Counted from the first letter of the stretch, positions 42,853 through 57,010 are shown. The stretch: DNA of 64,000 nt from the human T2T-CHM13v2.0 reference genome, Homo sapiens (GCF_009914755.1 NC_060926.1), one strand, 5' to 3'. Notes: generated by a model from the sequence alone, not told the origin. A program made the numbers and translations.

Positions 42853-43518
42853 CTATTAGTTGTTATTCTCATCTTTAAGTGAGGAAATTAAGGTTCATAA
42901 GGTTATCTAAGTAATTTATCCAAGGTTACTCAGGTTCTAAGTGACAAAATTTGAAATAAAAAAAAAGACCTATTTTCCAAACTCTGCTTTTTCCAATGTA
43001 CTCCTCTGCTTCCCTAGACACCAATATGCGAAAACAGAAAAACACCAATAAATTAAAACCAACCAACCAACCCTTACATGATGGTACATATTTTGTGGAG
43101 ATTCTTTTGAAGAGACTTCAGTGTTTACAGTTTCAGAGATTGACCATGTAATATATAGCATACCTAATCTAGAATATCATCTATAATGTTGAGGAATTTT
43201 GCTTACTTCCTAACTCTTTCTAGACCCAGAATCTAGACTGTTATCACTTGGGTTCACTGGGTTGAGAAAAAGTCATTTAAAAAATAATATAAGAAGAGGT
43301 TCTTTAACATGACAATCTAAAGACAACAAAAAGGATTTTAGATGAGAATGACTAAATTGAATTTCCACTATAAGAATGAACTATAGTATGGTCAGTTTAC
43401 TAAGCAATGAACTTAATTAGGAATATATACACCTTGCTTGGCCTCAAATTCTCTTTAGAATAAGAAAGAATATAAATTATAAATAAATATATGAACATGT
43501 GTAAGTGTATGCCAACAT

Positions 43519-43541
43519 ACACACACACACACACACACACA
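43519..43541. repeat. (CA)n microsatellite
   Basis: About 11 units. Confidence 0.9.
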
Positions 43542-44089
43542 AATTTCAAATAATTATCAATGTGGTTTTATCACTGTTTTATTCCTTCTCACTAGGAAAC
43601 TGGTAAAACCTTCAGCCTAACATAGCTTAAGCAAAGGTCTATCTGTATTCTTTTTTCTTTCATTATCCTATTACTCCATTTGTGACTTTATCTGGTCTCC
43701 ATTCCATGCTGGTCTGTGTTAGAAAGACTTACATATCAAACAGCTGAACGTCTCTCAGTCTGTCTGTGATGCTCCAAATCCAGACAGCAGTCTTCAATAA
43801 ATTTCTATTACCCAAATAGTCTGTTTTTAATTTGTTGCTGTACAGATCCATGCAAAGCTAGAACTTCAGTAAGTTGCTGACCTCTTAACATTTTCTTTGT
43901 AAACTCTTGTTGTAAGTCACTGATAATTGAGAATGGCCTCTGTCTTTCTCCTAGTACTGCTCTCTGCTCCAAATTCTCATTTTTTTTTTAATATGCTGCT
44001 CAGCAGTTGTGAGAGAGGTAATATAGACCAGAATTTTCTAATTATATGTTTTGAATGACTTAACGCTGTGAAGCATATTGATTCTTTCA

Positions 44090-44490
44090 GGCCTGGGGCA
44101 CGCAAGTTGGGAGCCCCTGGCCTGGTTGCAGTCCAGCTGCTAGCAGCATTTACCAGAGCTTCCTGGAAGGTGGCCAAGAGGAGCAGCATCTCTACAGGTA
44201 GAGTGGATGATAAAAAAACATCTAATAATTCCACAGGCCTCTTATCCAAGGTGAAGAGTGGTATGTTCAGTAGCTGGTTCCTGAAGTAGATGTCCAGATA
44301 ATGGAACACCTACCTCCTTGGCTGTGCTCAGCACATTGCAGCCAACATGGAGCTCCTGGATGGTGCAGCTCTGGTGGCTCTGAAACTCTGATTTCGTAGA
44401 CATCGGATATTTTTCGTTAGCAGCTGAAGTGCCCTTTTTGTGGCATCCAAAGTAGTTTTGGTCTGACTGATCCAACAATGCATGCATGTT
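44090..44490 (-). pseudogene. Unidentified frameshifted coding remnant
   Basis: GC-richer island in AT-rich DNA; G/C at third positions in 20/25 codons of EFQSHQ..AKE and 18/24 of VFHYLD..DKR, with a frameshift near 44310. Confidence 0.5.
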
Positions 44491-44637
44491 TTATAAATTA
44501 AAGCTTCATCATTATTTTAAAGTACTTTCTAGAAAAAAGTACTGCTATTCATTATTGGCATTTTGGTACTATCTGGATTTTTTTTTTAAGCTGTGTATTC
44601 TTACTGAAATTTAAAAAAAAAATTGAAGTGCAATTTA

Positions 44638-45201
<564 letters not shown>

Positions 45202-45401
45202 AAAATGGCACCAGAACTTAACATTAGTATTTCATATTTTTTCCTGTAGTTTTTTCTCTAAATATGACATACCTCCTCTTTTTCATTAGAGAGAAAAAGT
45301 AGTTACCTTTTATTCTCTAATCATATTATCCATCTAATGACATAGAATTATTCAATTATTTAATCTTCACCCAAAAAGCAGTCCTGAGAATCTTCTCTTT
45401 A

Positions 45402-45700
45402 TTTTATTTTTATTTTTTGAGACAAAGTCTTGTTCTGTAGCCCAGGCTGGAGTGCAGTGGCGTGACCTCAGCTCACTGCAAACTCCGCCTCCCATGTTCA
45501 AGTGAGTTTTGTGCCTTAGCCTCCCAAGTAGCTAGGATTACAGGCGCCTGCCACCAAGCCCAGCTAATTTTTGTATTTTAGTAGAGAAGGGGATTTAATC
45601 ACGTTGGCCAGGCTGCTCTCAAACTCCTGACCTCAGATGATCCACCAGCTTTGGCCTCCCAAAGTGCTGGAATTACAGCTGTGAGCCATTGCACCCAGCT
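45402..45700 (-). mobile_element. AluS element
   Basis: Antisense Alu; TSD GAGAATCTTCTCTTTA. Confidence 0.9.
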
Positions 45701-47368
45701 GAGAATCTTCTCTTTAATATTTCGTTAGGTTGGTGGGTGTGAAATGCTTAAAATACATTCCCTGAGACTAAGTTAGGAAACAGAAGTTCTTTATCCTTTC
45801 CTTTCCAGTGGTGGCACTAGCAGGAAATTTAATAAACTAGACCAGAGGCAGAGATGTTTAGAAAACCATCAAAAGTCATTTGATGGAATGCACAACAGGG
45901 AATCTTTCATATAGTTGAAAGAGGCAGAAAAAATAGAATTAAACTGAATGCTTTTCTCTTTCACAACTCTTCTCTGTGAGGATTTGAAAGTCAATAAGTA
46001 ACCTGAACTTCTATACATATATCACTACAGTAAATCAAAATAATATTTATTCTATGAGTTTGGTAAAAGATGGTTTCTTATTAGTTTTTTTATCTTTTCA
46101 AATTATAATCACATAACAATCTACGCTTGTTAAAAACCCTGAGAGAATATAGGGAGTTTATTTATGTTTTTTCCTGGGCCATTCACTAAAGGGAATGGCT
46201 CTATTGCCTCTATCATCAAAGGGGCGGACACAATTTGGAGATACAGTTTTGCACATGAGAGAAATACAACAACCTCATGGGTGTCACCATTTCTCACCAA
46301 CACTCTCCTCTGGGGAACATGCAGAACAGACTAAACAGAAAACAAAATAGTAAGGACCTGCTTCCTTCAACTTTCAAAGGAGAATCTAGAGGGGAATTAT
46401 TGATAAACATGAACAAGATAATGTATGTTTTGATTAAACATGCTTGGGAGCCTAATGACTTTTAAAACCACTTAGAAGATTGGTTTATGAACCTTTAATT
46501 AACTATCCATAATGTGAACTAACTTCATTTTTTAAAGCATCTCAGTTATTTGAAATAATTGCTACTGCTCTGATGTAAAAGTTATATAACTCTCAAATAT
46601 AACTTAAAAATCATACTGTGAACAAATGGAAGGATATGTCATAATTTAAATTCACAACTTGTTTCAGCAAACTTCCTGGTTCATTAACAGGGTGTTGGCA
46701 ACAGGAAAGAATGAAGTCTTTCTCTTCCTCAAGTATTTGGAAACCCATTCATTTTTAGACAACTCATTCATTAGTAGTCCATCTCATAGATATAATTTGA
46801 TATCTTTTTCCAGTTAAGCCCGTTTGGTTACCTTTTTACTCAAGTGAAATGCCCTATTGTTAGATGTAGTCAGTTACTGGCAACTGCTGACTGAGTAACA
46901 GTAGCCCCTTTTTCCTCTCTCATGTGGGTGGCCTAGGATTTAGATGGGTACAGATGGGAGCCAATATTGAGTATGGGCAACAGTCCAGTGGATAACTGTT
47001 GCCTGGTCTCTTGGCTAAACACTTTGGGCATGACACAGAAATTTTTATGTCTAGTACATGTTCGCTCAAACTACACTGCTTTATTTTCTTGAATGTAGAG
47101 GATAGGCAAGAAAAAATAAAGGACCACACACATTGATGATCTGTATACTTATTTCATACCTTTAACAATTCCTACACCACTCCTTATTAGATAATGCTCA
47201 TGGGTAGTTAACACAGCTTATTGTAAAGTCATCAGGGCATTTGCTGCTATTATTCTTATAATTTGGCCCAGGTTCATCTCCTAGGTGGAAATAACTGAAA
47301 CTTAAAAAACGTTATCTCTAAATATAAACTTTTTATGTTTTATATGGCTCTCAAAGAGCAGAGAGTAG

Positions 47369-47655
47369 GGGCGGGCCTGTGGCTTACGCCTGTAATTCCA
47401 GCACTTGAGGAGTCTGAGGCAGGAGGATTACCTGAGGTCAGGAGTTTGAGACAAGCCTGGCCAACACGCCGAAACCCTGTCTCTACTAAAAATACAAAAA
47501 CTAGCCAGGTGGGGACCTGTAATCCTGGCTACTCAGGAGGCTGAGGCAGGAGAATCCAGCTACTCAGGAGGTGGAGGTTGCATTGAGCCGAGATCGCACC
47601 ACTGCACTCCAGCCTGGGTGACAGAGCGAAACTCTATCTCAAAGAAAAAAAAAAA
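47369..47655 (+). mobile_element. AluS element with small internal rearrangement
   Basis: Dimer with duplicated gctactcaggagg; TSD-like aaagag..gagagtagg. Confidence 0.85.
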
Positions 47656-48824
47656 GAGTGGAGAGTAGGATACAACACTGTGAGTTAAAATGATTTAGTG
47701 GCACTAAACTGGTCATTCAATATATACTTATGGAATGTTCGCTATGTACCAGACACTGTGCCAAGCATTAAATCTAAAAAGGCACCAAAAAAGATGCTTA
47801 GAAATAGGACCACAGACATGGTTTCCTTGCTGTTGATAGAGAGCTCCTGTCTAAAGCAAAGGAAAAAGATATGGTGAGGTTGTTATACATCCTAGGATAT
47901 GGGACTGGGTAAACCAAACTGAGTTTCCTCAAGTTTCTATGGGAAAGTAGAAAGAAGGAAGAAATTATAGGCAGAATTTGTATCATCCGTGGATGGTCGC
48001 ATATGGAACCAGACAAAAACTGGCTTCCAGGCTTTCTTTCTAATTCACAATCCATTTCACTCCAGCTCCTTAACCCTGTACACACTCTTATCAGCCCCCA
48101 TCTTCATTCTTTGGATCCCCCCACCCCAGGTTTCTGCAAAGGTAAAATCTATAAATCTACCGATGTTACAGATTTCTAATGATACAGATTATCAACATCA
48201 TGCACCTTGAAGGGATATTCCAGAGTAGTATCTTATGAAAAAAAGGATTAAAGATACACATACTTGCCCAGAGAAAGCAATTTTTCAATGACTGAAATAT
48301 ATAAAGGGAAATAGGTAACTGCTTTCTAAGCATGTCTTTGCTCCATGGCCATTAAGAACTCCACCTCTTTCTTTCCTATCTCCACAGGATTTGTCAAGTG
48401 AGGTTGTTCTTAGTGGCTCTGAGAGAGTGGGAAGCTCGCTTACAAAGTGTTTGTGGGTTCAAAATTTAAATTTATACCGATGTATAAAGAAATTTCATTT
48501 TATAAGTACTGTTTGGAAATATTTGGAAACTAAGCTTCTAGAGTGCTACTTCTCTAAGAACTAGTGACTGAGTAGTTACAGATGTAGCCCCTGAAGATGG
48601 GTAGTTAGTTACTTTTTGGAGAGTTCTTGAGGCAGCAAGTGTACAACAACCTTTGGTACTATATCTCAATATTCAATCACTCATAAATCAAGATGCCATT
48701 CTTAGATATTAACAAATGCTCTTGCTGCAATTAAAACCCATTTCCTTTTTAATCTTCCATGAAGGCAGAAAATACAGTAACTGATCATCGTTTCTTATAA
48801 TAAACCTTGTATAATTAAAAACTC

Positions 48825-49220
<396 letters not shown>

Positions 49221-50129
49221 CTAATGCTCATTGGTAAAGACTGCTTTTTCAGTGCTGGAACAATTTTTGTACTGTATACAAAGGATGTAGAGATTTTGTT
49301 AAGATCTTCAGTCTCCAAATGCTGTTATTAAACTGTAGACATCTGGATTTTAGACACTTGTTTTGTCTGGGGAAAATTCGTTTTACGGCCGAGAGGTTTT
49401 TGAGTGTAATCTTTTTGGATTTCATGTAAGAAACACAGTACCAATGGTTGTCATTCTCTAGTATAACAATTTTTCACTAGCCTTTTCTGTGTTGTTTGTT
49501 CTAATAACATTTCCATATAAAGACGTAGAACCAAAAAATCAAAGTTCCTTTGTTTAGACAATGAGTCATTAAAAAATTCTCACTTTACCTTGGTTGATTA
49601 GTGCTGCCCAAAGCCTCAAACTCTTCTGTAATTACCGTACTTGTTTATTGAAGGCACTTAAGAGAAGGCGCTGGCAAATCATCTGCCCTGGTGCGGGCTA
49701 TTTGAGTCTTAAAGTGGAAATGCAAAGTCTGAAATGCACTCGCTGCCAGGCACACTGAGTCTTAGATGCAGGTGGGGTTGACGGTACCAGGTGTGATTTG
49801 ACAAGCCGTGGGCTGGCCCTGTAACAGTCCCCAGGCTAGTGTCAAGTTCCGTGTAACATCCTCTTTCCTTGAGGACTTCAAGAATCTACCAAAAGAAAAG
49901 CATCTCTTGAGGAGTAACTTAGGCCAGTTCCACGTTGAAGAGAAAAGTAAACGCCTATCACAGCAGCTCTACAGGATTAGGAACCGGGGCAATGGGGATG
50001 GTGGTGGTTCCGGTGAGGGAGCCTTCACTTGTCACTTTCTTCAATGCCTAAACCCTCCTTTTGTTAGCTGGCCCACACAGGCCAATGCCTACTCCCTAAC
50101 GCATCCTCACCCTCCCCCAACCAGATGTG

Positions 50130-51500
50130 ATGAGGGGAGCAAGCGTCCCCTGAGAAGCGTCTGGGCTCCCTCGGGGCAGCTGCGGTGGGGAGCTCCGGCT
50201 CTATCCGCAGGGCTTTCTTTAGTCCCTAGTCAGCGGGAATATTTTTACTGATTGGAAAAATAACCAGTCGTGCTCAGGTGCTCTCCCTCACTGAGATATA
50301 CTGGCGAGGCTTCCCTGGCCGCAACGCCGCCGTAAGTGCTGCTCCCACGCGCGGTATCCCCGCGTACTGCTCAGTGCCCAACTCCGACGGGCTCTCAAGT
50401 GCCGCAACGCCCCGCCCCTTGCCACCTCCACACGTCTCATTGGCCAGAGCCTGCGTCCGCCTCGGCTCCTGACTGGCGGCTGCGCCTGTCGGTCCGTGCG
50501 GCAGGGACATTTCCGCATTGAAGGGGCTGCTCCGAATGGAGGGGGAGGGGAGGTGTTTAGGAGAAAGTAGGGGCTGTGGGTGTCGGGAGCCGGCTGACGG
50601 GTGGACAAGGGGGGGTTAGCAGCTGGGCTGCGACCGTTAGGGAGGGGCTCAAGGTGTGCATGTGTGAGGGAAGAGAGAGAGAGAGAAGGGCGCCTCAGAG
50701 GTGACTTTCAGCCTGCGAGCCTTCTTCCCGGGGCGCCATAAACGCCCCCAATTTCCCAGCTGCTAAAGGAAGAGGAAGGTGGGTCTCGCTGGCGGCTTGA
50801 GGAGGGGCGGGGTTGGGCTTCCGGCGACCCCCTGGATGAGTGTGTTTCCCGCTCTCGCTGGCCCGCTGTGTGGTCTCGGAGGCGGAATTTGGGCTTCTGA
50901 GGAGCGCAGGGCAGGCGGGGCGAGAATATGTACGGGAAGGGTCGGTGCCCTCCCTTGGGACTCCCGCGCCGGTGCACGGGTCTGCCTCTAGCCGGTGACC
51001 CCTTAGTGTCCGCTGCGGGGGAGGGGCAGCGTAGCCTTCGGCCCCTACCGAGAAAAAGCTGCGGCCGGGTTTCACTGCTCGAGGCGGGAAGGCGGGGAGC
51101 TGAGGCCCCGACCGGTCGGCCAGCCAGAGCGTGGAATTGGTAGCGCCTCCTAGTCCCAGGATGTTTATGGCTGGTGAAAATGGTTGCACTGCCCCCGCTT
51201 GCCGGCCTCGCCCGCCTCCCCGACCCCTGCTTGGGCGGGAGCCGCTGTTAACCGGGGTTTTCGGGGGAGGCGTTTGGGGCCTGGACGGCGGCGCGGGGAG
51301 GGGGCAGCTAGGGGCGCGGCCTGCCAGTGCCTCCTGCAGTACAGCCCTGGAGGGCGTGGGGACTTGGGGGCGGTGAAATAGCCGCTGTAGGTCCGCCTCT
51401 TTCATTGAAGAAATTTAAGTTCGTGTGGTTTTACCTTTTCCGGGAGTCTCCAGCTGGCCCTCATTTGTGTCCGGAGCTCAGGAGTTCCCAAACCGACTCA
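50130..51500. promoter_or_regulatory. UGP2: CpG island / UGP2 promoter, probably bidirectional
   Basis: Dense CpG and high GC; inverted CCAAT boxes at 50251-50255 and 50439-50443; GC box near 50410. Confidence 0.9.
50515..50778 (+). other. UGP2: UGP2 upstream non-coding first exon (short, Met12-initiated isoform); 5' end approximate
   Basis: Donor AAG|GTGGGT at 50779; within the CpG island; consistent with the known two-isoform structure of UGP2. Confidence 0.7.
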
Positions 51501-51731
51501 GTCGCACCAAGTTTCCGTCTTTTGGAATTGGGGAAGGAGTTTCTTTCTTTCTTTTCTTTTTTCTTGAGCCAGTTTTAATCGCTTTGAATAAATACTCCCT
51601 TAAGTAGTTAAATATAGGAGGAGAAAGAATACATCGGTTGTTAAAGCAGGAGAGGAAGAGAGACCTGCCCTGTAGCGTGACTCCTCTAGAAAAAAAAAAA
51701 AAAAGCCGGAGTATTTTACTAAGCCCCTAAA

Positions 51732-51750
51732 ATGTCGAGATTTGTACAAG
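51732..51750 (+). CDS. UGP2: UTP--glucose-1-phosphate uridylyltransferase, coding part of exon 1 (MSRFVQ + phase-1 G of Asp7)
   Basis: aaaATG TCG AGA TTT GTA CAA G|GTAAGA matches the known N-terminus MSRFVQDLSKAM; exon 2 lies beyond the window. Confidence 0.93.
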
Positions 51751-51937
51751 GTAAGAAATGCTGCTGCTTATATCCCGAGTTGCTTCAGGCAAATTTGGGT
51801 ACTGACAGTGGAGAGGTTGGTGGGTGGTTTGGAAGTGGAAATGTTCATTTGAGATAACATTTGCGAAACCCTTTTCGTTGAATTGTCATCTGAGCTGCCT
51901 TGAGCTGCTGGGTTGACGTTCCAGACGCGTATAATTT

Positions 51938-51983
51938 ATGCTCCTGTACCCTGCTGGGTTTAGTTTTGCCTCCCTGAAATCAG
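51938..51983 (+). CDS. UGP2: Alternative in-frame first coding exon MLLYPAGFSFASLKS
   Basis: ATG, 15 codons + G, donor CAG|GTTAGT; same phase 1 as canonical exon 1; weak Kozak context. Confidence 0.5.
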
Positions 51984-52084
51984 GTTAGTAGTACCGTCGC
52001 TTTCCTGGATAGTGGCTGTAAGTGATAAAACAGGATTTTTGGCTGCTAATTAATCCTTGTTCTCTTTTCCTGGTCTGTGTCAAG

Positions 52085-52145
52085 GTACCTGTGCGTGCAC
52101 GCAGACGGGAAGGGCTGGGGAAGCGGGAGGACTGAGAAAAGCCAG
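52085..52145 (+). other. UGP2: 61-nt cassette exon in the UGP2 5' region
   Basis: Branch-like CTAAT 52046-52050, pyrimidine tract, AAG acceptor 52082-52084, purine-rich body, donor CAG|GTGGGT. Confidence 0.6.
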
Positions 52146-53416
52146 GTGGGTTTTGCCGGGACTGTTGGGGAAGCTTTAGTGTTCTCCGCTTCTACTTCGT
52201 TTGTGTGTACGTGGTTTGCGTCTCAGATTCACTTATTGCGAAACTGGGAGTAGCCCGAAGAAGCTGGAGGTCATTTCAGCTGGAGAAATGACTTTGCTGC
52301 ATTGCTGTGTTTATTTTTTCCTTTTTTGAACTATGAAAAGATGATTAAGGTTCCTTTGAAGTTTGAAAACTGCTCTCTAAATTCCACATGTGTATTTAAA
52401 AAGGGTTAGGGAATGCCTCAACTGAGATTATCAGTAACGTGTATATGAATGCATGTGTGTACGGTGTACTCACTGAAATTGGTGCTGGCATAAACCTTTG
52501 ACACCAGTTTGTAGCATGAGATTTGCCTTCTGGTATGCAAGTAAACTCTTTCCTTGTAGACTCCAGTGTGTGAAAGCTTCAGCCATCTTGATGAACACAC
52601 AGCTAGTAAAGTTCACAAACACTTATTATGCTTCCTGATAAATGTAGGTGTACTTTTGGAAAAAAAAAGTTGTGTCAGTAATGGCCATCATTTGACCCTG
52701 GGAATAAAAATGCCCTACTGAGTTCTACATCGCTTTATTAACTCTTCTTTAAATTTTGTGTAGTAGATTAAAGTAAGAGAATTCGACTGCCTGTGTTATT
52801 ATCGAAACAGATCGAACGCTATGCTTGCCTTTAGCGCTAAGCTCAGAAATGTCACTTGTTATTAGACTTTCAAATTCATGTTATACCTTATATGTGGTAA
52901 GAGATGCTTATGTTCTGATTGAGTAAATGTCTTATTCAAGAATAGAAAGGCAGAACTGTTAGAAACGTACTGGTTTTGTAATAACAATATTCAGTTACCA
53001 TAAAGGCGGTATTTTGCAAGAATATGCTAGGTAAAAGTGGACAAGTTACTTCTCTTTAAAAGTTAGAAATATTAATAAACCCAAGGTGTTCCATGTAGAG
53101 TTATGCTTTAGAATAGGTTGCAGAATTGGCAAGCATTGACTGATTTCACAGCCTTTGCTGTAATGCCAACTTGTCCTCAGAAGATTCAAAATCAAGTGGT
53201 AAGAGTTGCTGTGTATGTTTGTCATTACTTTGTCATCCACTTTTTTTAAAAAAACTTTTTATATTTTGGAATACTTCAGGATTTATAGAAAAGTTGCACA
53301 TTTGTCAAAACTAAGAAATTAACATAGGTACATTACTGTTAACTAAAGGCTTTGTTCAGATTACAGTTCCCATGATTCACTCTAAGATACCAGATTGCAC
53401 TTAGTTGCCAGCCACT

Positions 53417-53600
53417 TTTTTTCTTTTTTCTTTTTCTTTCTTCTTTTTTTGTCAAGGTCTTACTGTGTTGTCCACGCTGGAGTACAGTGGGTATTCACAG
53501 GAACAATCATAGTGCACTACAGCCTCAAGCCCCTGGGCTCAAGCTGTCCTCCTGCGTTAGCCTCCTGAGTAGATGGGACTTAGGCATATGCCATAGCCTA
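53417..53600 (-). mobile_element. Old Alu monomer (FRAM/AluJ-like)
   Basis: T-rich tail, then diverged right arm in antisense. Confidence 0.75.
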
Positions 53601-54104
53601 TAGTTGTCATACATTTTTACTTTAAATGGTAGTTTTCCTTTTAAGATGGGCAGTTTTGCACAAGAATATGACACCTCCTCAAAATTTTTTGACATGAATG
53701 TGCTCCTGTTTATCATTGTTTAAATTTTGTACAGTGTGAGCCCTCTATATGTTTAACTCTGCTGCTGTTGTAAATGATAAACCTAATTGGCAAATGACAC
53801 AGCTGTCTCCACAAAAGAGCTTTCAAGTGTAAGGGTTGGAAATTTTGGTTTTGATTATTTTTTTAAGCAAATCAAATTCTTTGATCTTTGCTGCAGAAAA
53901 TATTGATATTTCCAATCACTGGCACTTAGTAGTTCATGCTCCTTCATAGGGGAAAGAGTTAACAAATGTTAGGTTTCTAACTTTTTTTTTCATGGGTTTT
54001 CTCAAGCTTTGTAAGAGTCCTGAGATGTAGATTTTTTATCCTGCCCTTACAGGTGAGGAAAATTAAGTATCTTGTCCAAAGTTCACAGCTTGTATAAAGC
54101 ACTG

Positions 54105-54405
54105 ATTGATTGATAGATTGATTTTGAGGCAGGGTCTCACTTTGTTGCCAGGCTGGAGTGCAGTGGTGCGATCACAGCTCACTGCAGCCTTGATCTCCTT
54201 GGCTTAAGCAATTTTCCCACCTCAGGCCCCTGAGTAGCTGGGACTACAGGTGCACACCACCATGCCTGGCTACTTTTCTCCTTTTTTAAAGAGACAGGCT
54301 TTCCCTATGTTTCTCAGGCTGGTCTCAAACTCCTGGTCTTAAGCGATCTTCTAGCCTCAGCCTCCCAGAGTACTGGGATTACAGGTGTGAGCTGCTAGTG
54401 CACAG
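54105..54405 (-). mobile_element. AluJ-like element
   Basis: Antisense dimer with (TTGA)n tail; TSD-like agcactga. Confidence 0.85.
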
Positions 54406-57010
54406 CACTGAAATTCTTACATGAGTGTGTCTAAAACCCTAGTCCTTCCCGACATCTTTTGTTGCTTCTAACATTAACAACTGTGGAAATGGCCTGTTTC
54501 TCCAGCTAGACTGTCAGTTCCCATTGGGCAAAGATAATATTATATCCTTGGGAGAAATACAGTGTTTTGTAAGTGGACGATACTCTAAATGAATTTGTCA
54601 TGGATGACAAATGAGAAGCCCACAGCTTAGCATTTTCCATCTACTATTTAGTAGCTTATCTTACATTTTTGGTTGTAGTTTTTATAACACCTCTTAGATT
54701 ATATAAATGTTGAGAAAGATGGAAAGGTACAGACTTAGATTTGAATACCGTTACTAGCAGGTGATCTTAGGCACATACCTTTCAAACCTCAGTTTCTTCT
54801 TAGATAAAAATTGGGCAGTAATGCTTATGCCTCAGGGTTATTGAGAGGCTGAAATGAGATGAACTATGTGGATGTGCTAGGCACATATTAGGTAGCCAGT
54901 CAATTTTACTTTTCTTTCCTGAAATGATGGTGGCCTTTCAGATAGCATTGCCACCCAAAATATAACCACATGTCATCAACAGAACTAAAAGAAAAAAGGC
55001 AGGTATGAAAGTTCTTTATTTTCCTATTCCAGGTTTCATGTTCAGGCCTAGGTGTTATTATGTTAAAAAAAAAAAAAAAAAGTGCCGGGGTGGGGCAAGG
55101 TAACGTTTGGACAATATGAATTTGGTTGTAGTTTTTATAACCTCTCAACTTGAGTACAAGTTGGTGACGGTTTTCTTCTGAATACAGTGAACAAAATTTT
55201 TTTTGAGCTCTTACTATGTATGATGTACTGTATTAGGATTTCTGGCATATCCCTTATGGTAGGCACTGAAGTTCAGCAGATCTGGGCATTACACCTAAGT
55301 GTTGTGTACACCTGTTTTGAATGTAGTAGGATGGTTGCTATACTTGGCTTGTATCTCCTTCTCCAAATCCTAGGCATTGTGCCTTAGAGGAAAGCTGGGT
55401 ATCTCCATCCTCAAGCATATTGACCGTAAACTATTAGGTGGAAATGTTCAATTAATAAAAATATTGAGGTAGGCAGGAGAGTTCTTAGTATATATTTCTT
55501 GGTCAAAAAAAAAGGTTCACGTTTCTTTGGTCACATCCCCAAGTCTCTGTCCCTCAGGCACTTAACATTCCTTCTCTTAGGAAGACCTTTCTTTACTGGA
55601 TCTGCAGCATAATTCCTAGCTATTCTGCTGTTGGGTCACCTTCTGCCTACTTGTGACATTCCTTCTGCTCTTCCTTGCTCCAGGGATTGTTCCAGGGCCC
55701 CCAGTTATTCTAAATGGATGTGAGTACCATCTCTTCCCTAGCTGAGTGAGAAAGGGGGCTCCCTGTCATAGTTTAAGGTACCAGGGGCGGGGGTCATCAG
55801 CAGCTGTGGGTTTTTGTCAGGTTTGTCAGTGGGTGCCATTTGGAATTTTGCTTTTAAAAAGTTCTGAGAGTTATGGGGTAATCACTCTAAATGTTTTGAA
55901 ACTTAATAAATAGTGAAGAGAGTAATGTTGTCTAGCCAGCTAAGGCTATAATGGATGCTAATGCTCTAATATTAGAGGCATTGTTTTTTTAAAAAAAAAT
56001 GATTCTAAATGTGCCATTATCTATCTAAATTATGTAAAAATGTCCCTGATGTTCTTAAATTGAGGTACATACTTACATTTCAGGGAAAGTCATTTAAGTA
56101 CCTCTGTCACTTAAAAAATGCTTGAGGCCTATCAGCTTTCCCATTTGTTAAAATTCTTTTCATAACTTTTTTGGTGACTCCTATTTGATAGATGGCAGCT
56201 AGCCAGGGAAGATTACTGAGCTAATTATAACTGGAGGGGTCTCCGAGGAATACAGAGATGAGAAGCATTCTGGGGCCTGGTTCTTCTCAAATCCTAAAGC
56301 CAAATTTAGCCTGTTGCTGATTATTTAGATGATGAGGACACTTTTAGCACAGGGATAGTGGCATGGATTTGAGTGAGGACAAGAGCCATGAAAATAATGA
56401 CTAGGGCATACCCCTCATTTTTTAAAGATCTGATTTAAGATTTATTATATTATTTGAAGAGAAGGGTTTAGTTAAATTCAGTCACAGTTATAAATGTAAA
56501 AAAAAATTCTAAAGAAATTTAAAATGAAGAGTTGAGCTGATGAAAAGTGCTGTTTTCCAACATGGACCTTGTAATCTCTGTGGTTAAATTGTCCGTGTTC
56601 TTGCTAACTCAGCCTTTCTTCTAATAAGATGGATGATTTTCATTTGTGAAAGTCTACTGAGGAAAAAAAATTGATAAGGGACATTAGAGAAATTAGAAAT
56701 ATTAACTGGTACTCTTTTTGGGAGTGCCATTTTAATATTCTGAATAAATTGAAAAATGACCTTAAAAGGAAATTCAGGTGTTATTTTAGTCCATAGGTAT
56801 TTTCTTGTAATATGTTTCACAGAGACCCTTCCCTTTGTTGGTATGTATTATTTTTCCCTTCATAGATGAATTATAGCAAGTTTAATTAAAATAATGGGAT
56901 ACTTAGATTGTGTGAGGAACATCAGTTGGCCTAATAATGAAAGTGTTTCAAATAAAAGAAATATACTGTAGTTTCCTAGTTCCCACCAAGCTTTTTGCAG
57001 AAGTATAGGC

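Noticed and set aside
44090-44400. Faint resemblance of the fossil peptide to PRR5/Protor or cullin repeats
   Set aside because: Only scattered identities, not colinear enough to name.
50695-51405. 236-aa minus-strand ORF and overlapping ORFs on the CpG island
   Set aside because: Pro/Arg/Gly-rich; expected from stop-poor GC-rich DNA; no recognisable domain.
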